This document shows positions 46,581 through 55,549 of a stretch of 64,000 nt of DNA, piece after piece (position 1 is the first letter of the stretch; each line of letters starts with the position of its first letter). A program made the translations under genes and the position numbers. Under the pieces are notes generated by a model, which saw nothing but the letters and a program-made list of their open reading frames with translations, made no database searches and was not told the DNA's origin. Source of the DNA: a virus; IMG/VR virus record IMGVR_UViG_3300042691_015660. One strand, written 5' to 3'.

Positions 46581-46664
46581 TAGATAATATCTAAGTGCTT
46601 CGCACTAATTATATCTATACAAATACTCGAGCTCAAGCGAAGAGTAGTTGAACGTAGTTCAACT
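46581..46664. repeat. Cluster of short inverted repeats with 3-nt loops
   Basis: TAGAT-AAT-ATCTA, AGTGC-TTC-GCACT (46594-46606), TACTC...GAGTA and AGTTGAAC-GTA-GTTCAACT (46646-46664). Confidence 0.6.
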
Positions 46665-46681
46665 CTAATAAATACTAAGTT

Positions 46682-47857
46682 ATGAAAATTTACGAAATAG
46701 TCGCTGAAAAATACTATCCTACAGCAATCTCAAATCTTGATGAAGGTGCTAGAGGCAAGCTTCTCAAGTACTTACTTCCTTCACGAAAGTCTAAAGGTTT
46801 GGCACCTAAGTCGAAAAAAGCTAAGGAATACCGCGACATGCGTAAGCAGAATAAAGCTGATGCTGCTGCAAATAAAGCTGCTAGGGATGCTTCTGCTAGA
46901 AAGTATGCCGAAAGAAAAATAGCAAATATTCCAAATGCTGCCAATGCTTTAGTTAGTATTGGAGGTGTTGCTTACTATGTCAATGATTATTTTAATGCTA
47001 TAGGACTTGTTGAAGTAGACTGGCAAGAATATAAGAAAAATAACTACACGGCAGAACCTCCTAATAGATTTGCTGGTATGCCTTACGAGCAAGCCATAAT
47101 ACAAGCAGAAAAAGATAGGCAGGCATTATTGGGCAAGGCTACTCTTGGTATAATAACTACTTCAGGATTTATAACAAAATTCGTTGGCTGGATGGGCAAA
47201 GGAGTACAATTTACAGGCTTAGGAGTAGGCGCAGCAGGTGCTACTACAACTGGCGCAGCAGCAGTGATGGGAGGAAAGCTATTAACTAAGATATCCGAAG
47301 CAATGGCCAAAGTTCATCAAAAATTACCATTGCTATCACCTGCTCTAAAAGCGTCATTTGCAACCTTGATGGAACAAGATTTCATGAAAGTAGTTACTCA
47401 ACATGCTTTAGCATACATGGTATTTGGTGCTATAGGAAGTTTTACATCTAGAGTAGTTGGAACTTTGAATACCGCTCTTCAAACAATTTTAACTTTTATG
47501 AAAGACAAACTAGGAATTGATGTCAAAGGATTTTTAAAAGATAAGCTTGGAATTGACTTAGACAAATATACTGACACACCTATTAAACGTGATCCTGCAA
47601 AAGAAAAAGAAATAGCTGACAAACAAAAAGCAAGAGTGGCGAATTTTATTAACGGTGTAGATGTTACTGATGCTGACGGATATTTGACTACTGATGCAAA
47701 AATTCTAAATGCTGTACAAGTTCAAGATGCCATTGATCGCGCTCATTTAAAAGGTTTGCCAAATCCGTTAGATAAATTTAAACGTAAACCGGGCGCAGTT
47801 TATCCAACAGATATTATGGTATCAAGAATGCCAGGACCTGGATATAAGCCAGCTTAA
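46682..47857 (+). CDS. Hypothetical protein, possible internal head/ejected protein
   Basis: TAAATA ends 7 nt upstream. N-terminus MKIYEIVAE resembles the T4 capsid-targeting sequence. It has a basic region and hydrophobic Gly/Ala segments. Confidence 0.5.
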   Translation: MKIYEIVAEKYYPTAISNLDEGARGKLLKYLLPSRKSKGLAPKSKKAKEYRDMRKQNKADAAANKAARDASARKYAERKIANIPNAANALVSIGGVAYYVNDYFNAIGLVEVDWQEYKKNNYTAEPPNRFAGMPYEQAIIQAEKDRQALLGKATLGIITTSGFITKFVGWMGKGVQFTGLGVGAAGATTTGAAAVMGGKLLTKISEAMAKVHQKLPLLSPALKASFATLMEQDFMKVVTQHALAYMVFGAIGSFTSRVVGTLNTALQTILTFMKDKLGIDVKGFLKDKLGIDLDKYTDTPIKRDPAKEKEIADKQKARVANFINGVDVTDADGYLTTDAKILNAVQVQDAIDRAHLKGLPNPLDKFKRKPGAVYPTDIMVSRMPGPGYKPA

Positions 47858-48033
47858 AGAAAATTAGAACCAGTTTTTTTAGTAAGTTCTATATTATCGT
47901 TAATAATATTGTTTAGAATAATACGATCCTCAAAACTGTACATGTGAAATAATTCGTCTGCTCTGACGCCGCCGCGCATATACCAACTTATTCTAAAAAA
48001 ATCGTCTTTTAAGTCTTTAATCTCTGCATCCAT
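47854..48033 (-). CDS. Small gp51-like/tail-assembly ORF (59 aa), possibly made as a -1 frameshift extension of the gp26-like gene
   Basis: Translated by hand: MDAEIKDLKDDFFRISWYMRGGVRADELFHMYSFEDRIILNNIINDNIELTKKTGSNFL. The frame stays open upstream through the slippery site at 48087-48096. Confidence 0.6.
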   Translation of the reverse strand: MDAEIKDLKDDFFRISWYMRGGVRADELFHMYSFEDRIILNNIINDNIELTKKTGSNFL

Positions 48034-48080
48034 CTCTCCTACAAGCTTTTCAATTTCAGAATTAGAGAGACGAAGCAGAG

Positions 48081-48905
48081 TTAAACGAAAAAATTTGATT
48101 GATCCAATACCATATCTACTTTATTAGTAGCACGACAAGATCCGCAAGATACACTCTGCAATGGCAAATTCCAAATACTTTTATTTTCTTCTAATTTTTC
48201 TTTTATTTTATTAAAGATTTCTCTATCAACATTTTTTAAATAATCTAAAATAAAATTCTCATCAGTGACTATATGACCTTCAGCATGTATAGATTCAATT
48301 GATGTTAAGAATAAAGTCAATTGCAGTTCGCTAAGATCAGCAAATACTTGATCTATTATTTGAATTTTTTTATCTTCATCGAGTGTACTTACTTGAGACA
48401 ATGTTTTTTGTAATTTAAAATTTTCTAAATTAAAATAGCTTATTTGTTCGTAAGTCAACGGTTTTATTTTAATACTTAAATTCTCATCTATGTCAAGATG
48501 ATTTACAAATTTAAGTTCACTAAAATAATCAATAAATGTTCTTAAATCAAACTCGTAATGATTTTCGTTAGAACAACTTGTGCAAGTATGGGAGACAGTG
48601 ATTTTCTCTCCGTATGTGGCTAGTTTAATAGCTAATAAGAAAGTATCAACATCGATACTAGGAATATGCTTGGCAGCTTTTACATACGGGCAGCAACTTT
48701 CAATAACTCTTAAAGTTGACTCACCGTTAAACAAAGCATCTGGAGTTTTCATTATTATTTCGTCCATGCCAGTCATAGCAAATATAGGAACACTATTGTA
48801 GTCTCCTTGAAATGCTCCTGTAGGGTAGTAAAGTCCTCTACTAGGCAGTGTGATAAACAATTTTGGCTGTCTAAAATACTTTTGTAACGGGTTATTCATG
48901 CTCAT
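48081..48905 (-). CDS. gp26: Baseplate hub assembly/tail chaperone protein, gp26-like
   Basis: FRQPK..ITLPSRG.YY, MTGMDEI, D...LLAIKLATYGE, two CxxC motifs and a C-terminal NFF. Confidence 0.7.
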   Translation of the reverse strand: MSMNNPLQKYFRQPKLFITLPSRGLYYPTGAFQGDYNSVPIFAMTGMDEIIMKTPDALFNGESTLRVIESCCPYVKAAKHIPSIDVDTFLLAIKLATYGEKITVSHTCTSCSNENHYEFDLRTFIDYFSELKFVNHLDIDENLSIKIKPLTYEQISYFNLENFKLQKTLSQVSTLDEDKKIQIIDQVFADLSELQLTLFLTSIESIHAEGHIVTDENFILDYLKNVDREIFNKIKEKLEENKSIWNLPLQSVSCGSCRATNKVDMVLDQSNFFV

Positions 48906-48916
48906 TTTTCTTCCGA

Positions 48917-48940
48917 TAAATATATGATATAGTATTTATA
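48917..48940. promoter_or_regulatory. Overlapping divergent late promoters
   Basis: TAAATA on + (48917-22) and TATAAATA on - (48933-40), between the gp26-like and tape-measure-like genes. Confidence 0.55.
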
Positions 48941-48964
48941 TACGTATTTTATCAGGATAAAAAT

Positions 48965-51325
48965 ATGGCAGATACACCTCCTTCGGGAATGAGCAAAGAA
49001 GATGCTAAAAGAATAGCAGAAGAATTAGCTAAACTTACAAAATCTGGAACAGGACCTTTACCAGCGACTCCTAGTGCTGACAAAACTAAAGCTTTTGACA
49101 GCGCAATCGACAAAGTCTCAGGTAGTCTTACTGGTGGGTTCGAAAAAGGCCTCGGAGCTGCTACAGCTGCATACACTAAATTAAAAGACACAATTGTTTC
49201 AAACATGGGCATGTGGCAAGACCTCACTAAGTCTGGCATGAATTTCAGCGGTGACTTAGTTGGGATGACCATAGCAGCCAAAGGCATGCGTCTTGAAACT
49301 AAAGAAATGTCCGAAATACTTCAGAAAAACTCTGAAGGACTAGTAGGGTTCGGTGGTAATCTTACAAGAAGCGCAGAAGAATTCGCTAAAGCTAGTAAAC
49401 ATTTCTTTGATAACAATACAGAAGCAGCAGACGGACTACGACGATTAGGCATGACTTCTAAAGAAATTAATGAAGTTATGGTTCTACAAGGTCCTATGAT
49501 GAGGGGACAGTTCAGAGACGAACAGGAAAGAATGCAGGTCATGGCCGACAGTACAAATAAGATGGCTCAGGAAATGGATCTCATGGCCAAGTTAACTGGT
49601 AAAAGTCGAGAACAACAATTAGAAGCAATGAAAAAGCAGCAAGCAGACATGCAGTTTGATGCCGCAATTAGAGAAAAAGCTAAACAGATTGATGATCCAG
49701 TAAAAAGAGCAGCGTTCGTAAAACAAGCCAACGAAGAATTAAGAAAAGCAGAAGCTGAAGGACGAGGACAGTTATATAAAGAATTATTTGCCTTTGGCGC
49801 TCCACTTACTAAGGCTACCGCTACACAAGCAGTAATGTATGGAGAATCTACAGCAGCTTTGAAGAAAAGTGTAGACGCTCTTAACGACACACAACTTAGC
49901 GGAGCAGATAGAGAAAAAAAATTACAACAAGCTAGGGAAGATATTGCTGTAGCTGATATGAAAGCAGCTAATGATTCTACTCTAAATCGTCTAAGAATGT
50001 TAAGTGATGTCACTGAAGTAGGACAAGTACTCAATAAGCAAGCAGGTGCTACTAACACAGTAACTAGAAATCTTGAAACGTTTGCAGCAAAGTACAATGA
50101 AAACGAAAAAAACAAAGTTAAATTAGATCTCGATAACGAAGCTGACAGAAGAAAAGCTTATCAGTTAATGGTAGAAGACGCTAAAGCCGCCCGAGCAGGA
50201 CAAAACGCTCAAGGCGAGCAAGTGGACGGAACTACTAAAGCTCTTACTTCATTAGAAGGAAGACTCGGAGACGTAAGTTCTGCTCTTTACGATAAATTGG
50301 CAAAACCGTTGAACAAAGAAGTCAGTGAGGCCTTAGGCAAGTTAGCAGACAGTGCTCTTAGCGCGAGAGGAGCTTTCTTTGACATAGCAGGACCAAATAC
50401 TAAAAATCAAACAATACCAAATTTGATAGCAGAACAAGCAGAAATAGGACGTACTACAAAAACTCCTCAAAATATTATTCAAGGTGCTGGAGCTGTTGGC
50501 CGGACTGCAGAACAAGCGGTAAATGCTGTTAGTAATCAAGGTCCAGGTTTCATAGATAAAGCTAAAGAAAAATTTGATCAAATAACTGGTAGAACTGCTA
50601 AACCAGAAAAAAGAATGACAGGATCTCTAGGAGCCACCGGGTCAATGTTTGAAAATTTTGGTACAGGACAATTGATGGAATTACACGGAACTGAGAGTGT
50701 AATGACACCAAAAGATCTAAATGCCATAGTTAAAAATACCATGGAAGGAGCAATGAAAGCTGTGCCTAAAACTGGTATAATGGATTACGAACAGTTGGCT
50801 AAAATGGCCGATTCTCAAAGATCTACTACATCGATGAGCAAGTTAGATGAACAAAAAAGAGCAGCTATAATGGCAGGATCACCTAAGACTGGTAATCTTG
50901 ATCTTAAAAAAATGAGCGATACTATCAGCACTAACGTTAGTTCCTCGTATGGCGATAAAGTAGATATGAGGAGTCTAAAGTTCGATCAGTACGGAATGCC
51001 AATTACTAGTCAAATCAAAGCAAAAACTGCCGAAATGTCTGCTGAAGTTAAAAAGAAAGAAGAAGAAAAAGCTGCCAGTGCTTCAGCACCTACACCGACA
51101 CCTGCTGCAGCGCCTGCCAGTACAGCGCCTAAACCAGAAGAAAAGAAACCAGAAGTAGTTAAATCATCAACAACAGGCGGAAAAGACTCTACTCTTAACG
51201 ACGTAGTAACAGCTTTAAATCAATTAAATAGTAAAGTAAGTTCTCTGATAGAAGTACAAAAAGACTTAGGACAAAGACAAATTAAGGCTACTAAAGCCAA
51301 TGGCAAGGACGTATATGCGAGTTAA
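48965..51325 (+). CDS. Tape-measure-like protein
   Basis: Long Ala/Lys/Glu helical protein containing LMAKLTGKSREQ and ENFGTGQLMELHGTESVMTP. It lies next to the gp26-like gene. Confidence 0.6.
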   Translation: MADTPPSGMSKEDAKRIAEELAKLTKSGTGPLPATPSADKTKAFDSAIDKVSGSLTGGFEKGLGAATAAYTKLKDTIVSNMGMWQDLTKSGMNFSGDLVGMTIAAKGMRLETKEMSEILQKNSEGLVGFGGNLTRSAEEFAKASKHFFDNNTEAADGLRRLGMTSKEINEVMVLQGPMMRGQFRDEQERMQVMADSTNKMAQEMDLMAKLTGKSREQQLEAMKKQQADMQFDAAIREKAKQIDDPVKRAAFVKQANEELRKAEAEGRGQLYKELFAFGAPLTKATATQAVMYGESTAALKKSVDALNDTQLSGADREKKLQQAREDIAVADMKAANDSTLNRLRMLSDVTEVGQVLNKQAGATNTVTRNLETFAAKYNENEKNKVKLDLDNEADRRKAYQLMVEDAKAARAGQNAQGEQVDGTTKALTSLEGRLGDVSSALYDKLAKPLNKEVSEALGKLADSALSARGAFFDIAGPNTKNQTIPNLIAEQAEIGRTTKTPQNIIQGAGAVGRTAEQAVNAVSNQGPGFIDKAKEKFDQITGRTAKPEKRMTGSLGATGSMFENFGTGQLMELHGTESVMTPKDLNAIVKNTMEGAMKAVPKTGIMDYEQLAKMADSQRSTTSMSKLDEQKRAAIMAGSPKTGNLDLKKMSDTISTNVSSSYGDKVDMRSLKFDQYGMPITSQIKAKTAEMSAEVKKKEEEKAASASAPTPTPAAAPASTAPKPEEKKPEVVKSSTTGGKDSTLNDVVTALNQLNSKVSSLIEVQKDLGQRQIKATKANGKDVYAS

Positions 51326-51328
51326 TCG

Positions 51329-53047
51329 ATGAGTTGGAAAAAATATTTTACACCTGTACAAGTAGGAAAGGATTCTAACAACTATAGTCCTATGAGTATG
51401 ACCGGACGTAGCGCAGGTCCAGCTCGAACTAATTATTCAAGTTTTTTGCCAGATGTGTATACTGGAGCACCTAATCGTATTGATCGGTATCTACAATACG
51501 ATACTATGGATATGGATAGTGAAGTCAACGCTGCATTAGACATTCTTAGTGAATTCTGTAGTCAAAAAAATAAAGAAAATCAGACTCCTTTTCATTTCTA
51601 TTACAAACAAAAGGCCACTAACAGCGAAATTCAAATTTTAAGAGAGTACTTACAACAATGGTGTAAGCTACAAAAATTTGACACACGAATTTTTAGAATT
51701 GTGCGTAATGTGTTTAAGTACGGCGATGCGTTTTTTATTCGAGATCCAGAGGATAAGAAATGGTTCTATGTTGATCCAGGAAAGATTACAAAAGTTATCG
51801 TTAATGAAAGCGAAGGCAAGAAACCAGAACAATATGTTATTAGAGATTTGAATCCTAACTTTCAAGATCTTACAGTAACTACTATTAACCCTAATACAAC
51901 AAATGTGAATAATAGGGGAACTGCTTATGTAGCAGGTGGTGCCGCAGCCAGAGGGCAAGCCAGTGCGTACCCAATTAGTCCAGGAACACGCTTTCAGAAT
52001 AATGAAAATGAATTAGCAGTAGACGCAAAACATGTAGTACATCTAAGTTTATCAGAAGGATTAGACAATAATTTTCCTTTTGGAAACAGTCTGTTAGAAA
52101 CAGTGTTTAAGGTATTCAAGCAAAAAGAATTGCTTGAAGATGCTATTATTATCTATCGTATACAACGTGCTCCTGAGCGTAGAATTTTCTATATTGATGT
52201 AGGTAACATGCCCAGTCACTTGGCTATGAGCTTTGTAGAGAGGGTAAAAAATGAAATTCATCAAAGAAGAATTCCTTCTGCTGTTGGCGGCGGTACTAAT
52301 GTTATTGACTCAGCCTATAATCCTTTATCAATTAACGAAGACTACTTCTTTCCACAAACAGCAGAAGGCAGAGGTAGCAAAGTAGAAACACTGCCAGGCG
52401 GAACAAATCTAGGCGAAATTGACGATTTAAAATATTTTACTAATAAACTGTTTAGAGGATTAAGAATTCCTAGTAGCTACTTGCCAACAGGCGCAGACGA
52501 CAGTCAAAGTCAGTATAACGATGGTAGAGTAGGTACTGCGTATATTCAAGAACTAAGATTTAACAACTACTGTATAAGATTACAAAATCTTTTAACAGAA
52601 ATATTTGATCAAGAATTTAAATTGTATCTTAAAGATCGCGGAGTAAACATAGATACTAGTCTCTTCGATTTAAAATTTGAACCTCCACAAAATTTCGCTG
52701 CTACAAGACAAAGCGAGTTAGACACTGCTCGCGCACCAACATATCAGACAATGAGTCAAATTCCTACAATCAGTAAACGTTTTGCATTAAAACGTTTCTT
52801 AGGATTAACTGATGAAGAAATTGCAGAAAATGAGCGCCTATGGGCAGAAGAAAATGGAAAAGCTAAACCAACACCGACTGATAGTGTAGCAGAACTTCGA
52901 AATGCCGGTGTAAGTCAAGCAGGCATCAGTGCTGATATGACAGCCAATGCTGACACAGCCGCCCCTCCCGACCTTGCCGCTGGTGGTATGGCTCCTCCAG
53001 CAGGAGCTCCTCCTGCTGCTCCTGCTGCTCCTGGAGCTCCTGTATAA
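51329..53047 (+). CDS. gp20: Portal protein
   Basis: LEDAIIIYRIQRAPERRIFYIDVGNMP, EDYFFP..EGRGSKVETLPGG.NLGEIDD.KYF..KLFRGLRIP and ELRF. Confidence 0.95.
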   Translation: MSWKKYFTPVQVGKDSNNYSPMSMTGRSAGPARTNYSSFLPDVYTGAPNRIDRYLQYDTMDMDSEVNAALDILSEFCSQKNKENQTPFHFYYKQKATNSEIQILREYLQQWCKLQKFDTRIFRIVRNVFKYGDAFFIRDPEDKKWFYVDPGKITKVIVNESEGKKPEQYVIRDLNPNFQDLTVTTINPNTTNVNNRGTAYVAGGAAARGQASAYPISPGTRFQNNENELAVDAKHVVHLSLSEGLDNNFPFGNSLLETVFKVFKQKELLEDAIIIYRIQRAPERRIFYIDVGNMPSHLAMSFVERVKNEIHQRRIPSAVGGGTNVIDSAYNPLSINEDYFFPQTAEGRGSKVETLPGGTNLGEIDDLKYFTNKLFRGLRIPSSYLPTGADDSQSQYNDGRVGTAYIQELRFNNYCIRLQNLLTEIFDQEFKLYLKDRGVNIDTSLFDLKFEPPQNFAATRQSELDTARAPTYQTMSQIPTISKRFALKRFLGLTDEEIAENERLWAEENGKAKPTPTDSVAELRNAGVSQAGISADMTANADTAAPPDLAAGGMAPPAGAPPAAPAAPGAPV

Positions 53048-53050
53048 ATA
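53043..53050 (+). promoter_or_regulatory. T4-type late promoter TATAAATA
   Basis: Exact T4 late consensus, ending 5 nt before the ATG at 53056. Confidence 0.65.
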
Positions 53051-53055
53051 TTAAT

Positions 53056-53295
53056 ATGATTTTACGTGAGTTATTCTACATCGATAAAGATTTAAAAGCC
53101 ATATCTAACAATATGCGCTATTTGCCAAAACACGATTCTACTACCATAGAACGAAGTGATACACGTAAAACAAGATTAACATTAAATCAAATTAATGAAT
53201 TGCGTAAAGCTAGTGAATCACATATTCTTGAACAAGAAAAAGAATTAGAATTCATTGAAGCCATGTATAAAACACCTCCACAACCTGCGGCATAA
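53056..53295 (+). CDS. Small head-module protein
   Basis: 79-aa ORF after the portal, containing TRKTRLTL.QINELRK. Confidence 0.6.
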   Translation: MILRELFYIDKDLKAISNNMRYLPKHDSTTIERSDTRKTRLTLNQINELRKASESHILEQEKELEFIEAMYKTPPQPAA

Positions 53296-53316
53296 TTAGC
53301 ATTAAAAGGAACTTTA

Positions 53317-53901
53317 ATGCGTAGTTTTGTATTAGGAAATGGCCGCAGCCGCCTTAATATTAACCCACAAGATTTAAAAAAATATGGTATAACTTATGGT
53401 TGTAATGCTTTATATAGAGAGTTTGAACCAGACTATCTAGTAGCTGTAGATCCTAAGATGATTGTGGAAATAGAAAAAAGTGGATATCAGAAAACACATG
53501 AAGTATGGACTAACCCTAACGCAAAATATAGGAATTTTACCGGGTTTAGATACTTTAGTCCTAGTCTAGGGTGGAGCTCTGGTCCAACAGCTTTGGACTT
53601 TGCCTGTAAGCACAGACCTAGTGAAATCTACATATTTGGATTTGATTATACTGGAGTAAATGGGTTACTTAACAACGTTTATGCTGACACAGCAAACTAT
53701 AGAAAAAGCGCAGATCCAGCTACCTATCACGGTAATTGGGAAAAACAAACAGAACAAGTTATCAAGCAAAATAAATCTGTAAAATTTTACAGAGTAGTCG
53801 ACAACAAATACTACAATTTAGAATGGCCTTATAGCAACTTCAGACATATGACATATGAAGAATTAAAAAGATTAATGCCTACTTGGAACTTAAAAACTTA
53901 A
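53317..53901 (+). CDS. Maf/DUF115- or CstII-like (sialyltransferase-fold) transferase
   Basis: FVLGNGRSR, YGCNALYR, PDYLVAVD, SSGPTAL and IYIFGFD parallel the GNGPS / CN / S-G / G.D motifs of Maf and GT42 proteins. Confidence 0.55.
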   Translation: MRSFVLGNGRSRLNINPQDLKKYGITYGCNALYREFEPDYLVAVDPKMIVEIEKSGYQKTHEVWTNPNAKYRNFTGFRYFSPSLGWSSGPTALDFACKHRPSEIYIFGFDYTGVNGLLNNVYADTANYRKSADPATYHGNWEKQTEQVIKQNKSVKFYRVVDNKYYNLEWPYSNFRHMTYEELKRLMPTWNLKT

Positions 53902-53991
53902 AATCATTAAAAAACCACCATTATAGCCCAGGTTTTTGGGTTTCTCTGTAAATAATATTTGACAGCCTTACAATCTTAATAGGAGGATAAA

Positions 53992-54900
53992 ATGACTGAT
54001 CGATCAAAATTCGAGCAGATGCTCGAGCATCTTGTAAATGAAGACCAAGAAGCAGCCAAGGAAGTGTTCCATCAAATCGTTGTAGAAAAAAGTCGTCAAA
54101 TCTATGAAAATATTTTAGCCGAAGACTTTGAAATGTCCGAGGAAGACGACAAGGAAGACGACGAAGAAATGGACGAAGCCAAAGACGACGATGAAGATGA
54201 CGAAGCAATGGACGAAGCCAAAGACGACGATGAAGATGACGAAGAAGTCGACGAAAACTTTGCGTTCGGCGAAGCAGACGACGATATCGGTGGTGATCCA
54301 GCAGATGATCAATTAGATGATATCAGTGCTGATGATGAAGGCGATGACATGGACATGGGCGACGAAGAAGGCTCCGATGATCTAGAAGATCGTGTGGTTG
54401 ATTTAGAAGATGCCATTGATGACTTACGTGCAGAATTTGAAAGAATGATGGGCGATGAAGGCGATGACATGGGCGGTGACGACATGGACATGGGCGGTGA
54501 TGACATGGACATGGATATGGACATGGACATGGGCGGTGACGAGAAGCCAATGAAAATGGGCATGGCTGATGATATAAGCTTCATGCGCGAATATATTGAA
54601 AAAGTAGGAAATCCAAAACATGGCGACGACGGAGCAAACACTAAATCCATCGTAGCTGGTAAAAACGATATGGGCGGCACAACTGCTAACATCGTAAAAG
54701 GTGGCACAAGCGAAAGCGGTGGCACAAAAGGTGGATTATTAAATCCATCGACAAAAGAAGATAACGCAGGCAATGTAAATGTTCCAGGCGGTAAAGCTGG
54801 CGTTAAACACCTTAAGAAAGTAAGTTCACCAAAAGGCGGCGACGATGGTGACAAGGGCGCAGGAAGTCCTATTAACGGTGTTAAGAGTCGCGCAAAGTAA
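53992..54900 (+). CDS. Highly acidic prohead core protein
   Basis: Asp/Glu-rich low-complexity protein between the portal and the protease, the position of T4 gp67/gp68. Strong AGGAGG ribosome-binding site. Confidence 0.65.
   Translation: MTDRSKFEQMLEHLVNEDQEAAKEVFHQIVVEKSRQIYENILAEDFEMSEEDDKEDDEEMDEAKDDDEDDEAMDEAKDDDEDDEEVDENFAFGEADDDIGGDPADDQLDDISADDEGDDMDMGDEEGSDDLEDRVVDLEDAIDDLRAEFERMMGDEGDDMGGDDMDMGGDDMDMDMDMDMGGDEKPMKMGMADDISFMREYIEKVGNPKHGDDGANTKSIVAGKNDMGGTTANIVKGGTSESGGTKGGLLNPSTKEDNAGNVNVPGGKAGVKHLKKVSSPKGGDDGDKGAGSPINGVKSRAK
54169..54244 (+). repeat. 39-bp direct repeat encoding MDEAKDDDEDDE
   Basis: ATGGACGAAGCCAAAGACGACGATGAAGATGACGAAG at 54169 and 54208. Confidence 0.85.
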
Positions 54901-54910
54901 GGTATAATTG

Positions 54911-55534
54911 ATGAAAAGTCTTCGTGAAAATCTGAGTTTCGACCAAGCAAAAATGGTCGTTGAGTCCGAGGAAGGCATGAATGGCAAGTCCCTTTATCTT
55001 AAAGGGATTTGTATTCAAGGCGATAAACGGAATCAAAATCAGAGAGTTTATCCTGCAAATGAGATTGCCAGGGCTGTCAAAACCCTGAACGATCAAATTG
55101 CTGGCGGCTATTCAGTTTTAGGCGAAGTCGATCATCCTGACGACCTAAGAATTAACCTTGATCGTGTGTGCCATATGGTCACAGAAATGTGGATGGATGG
55201 AGCAGACGGTTATGGAAAATTAAAAGTACTCCCAACTCCAATGGGTCAACTAGTGAAAACTATGCTTGAGTCCGGCGTAAAGTTGGGAGTTTCTTCACGT
55301 GGATCCGGCGATGTAGATGGCGGCGGACATGTGAAAGATTTTGAAATCATCACAGTTGATGTGGTGGCTCAACCCAGTGCTCCTGGGGCATATCCTACAC
55401 CTATCTATGAACACCTGATGAATCATCAAGGTGGTTATAGAAGCTTGCGCATAGCGAAAGAGGTTCAGGATGATCCAAAGGCGCAGAAGTATCTTAAAGA
55501 AAGCTTATTAAAAATAATAAGCGGACTCCAATAA
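54911..55534 (+). CDS. gp21: Prohead maturation protease
   Basis: YLKGICIQGD.RNQNQRVYP, GEVDHP, TPMG, LGVSSRGSG and DVVAQPSAPGAY. Confidence 0.93.
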   Translation: MKSLRENLSFDQAKMVVESEEGMNGKSLYLKGICIQGDKRNQNQRVYPANEIARAVKTLNDQIAGGYSVLGEVDHPDDLRINLDRVCHMVTEMWMDGADGYGKLKVLPTPMGQLVKTMLESGVKLGVSSRGSGDVDGGGHVKDFEIITVDVVAQPSAPGAYPTPIYEHLMNHQGGYRSLRIAKEVQDDPKAQKYLKESLLKIISGLQ

Positions 55535-55549
55535 AAAAGGAGAATCACA

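Noticed and set aside
54169-54540. CRISPR-like or guide-array interpretation of the direct repeats
   Set aside because: The repeats are in-frame coding units without unique spacers.
54115-54950. Several overlapping alternative-frame and antisense ORFs, up to 213 aa
   Set aside because: They are by-products of the low-complexity GAC/GAT/ATG repeats in the acidic core gene.
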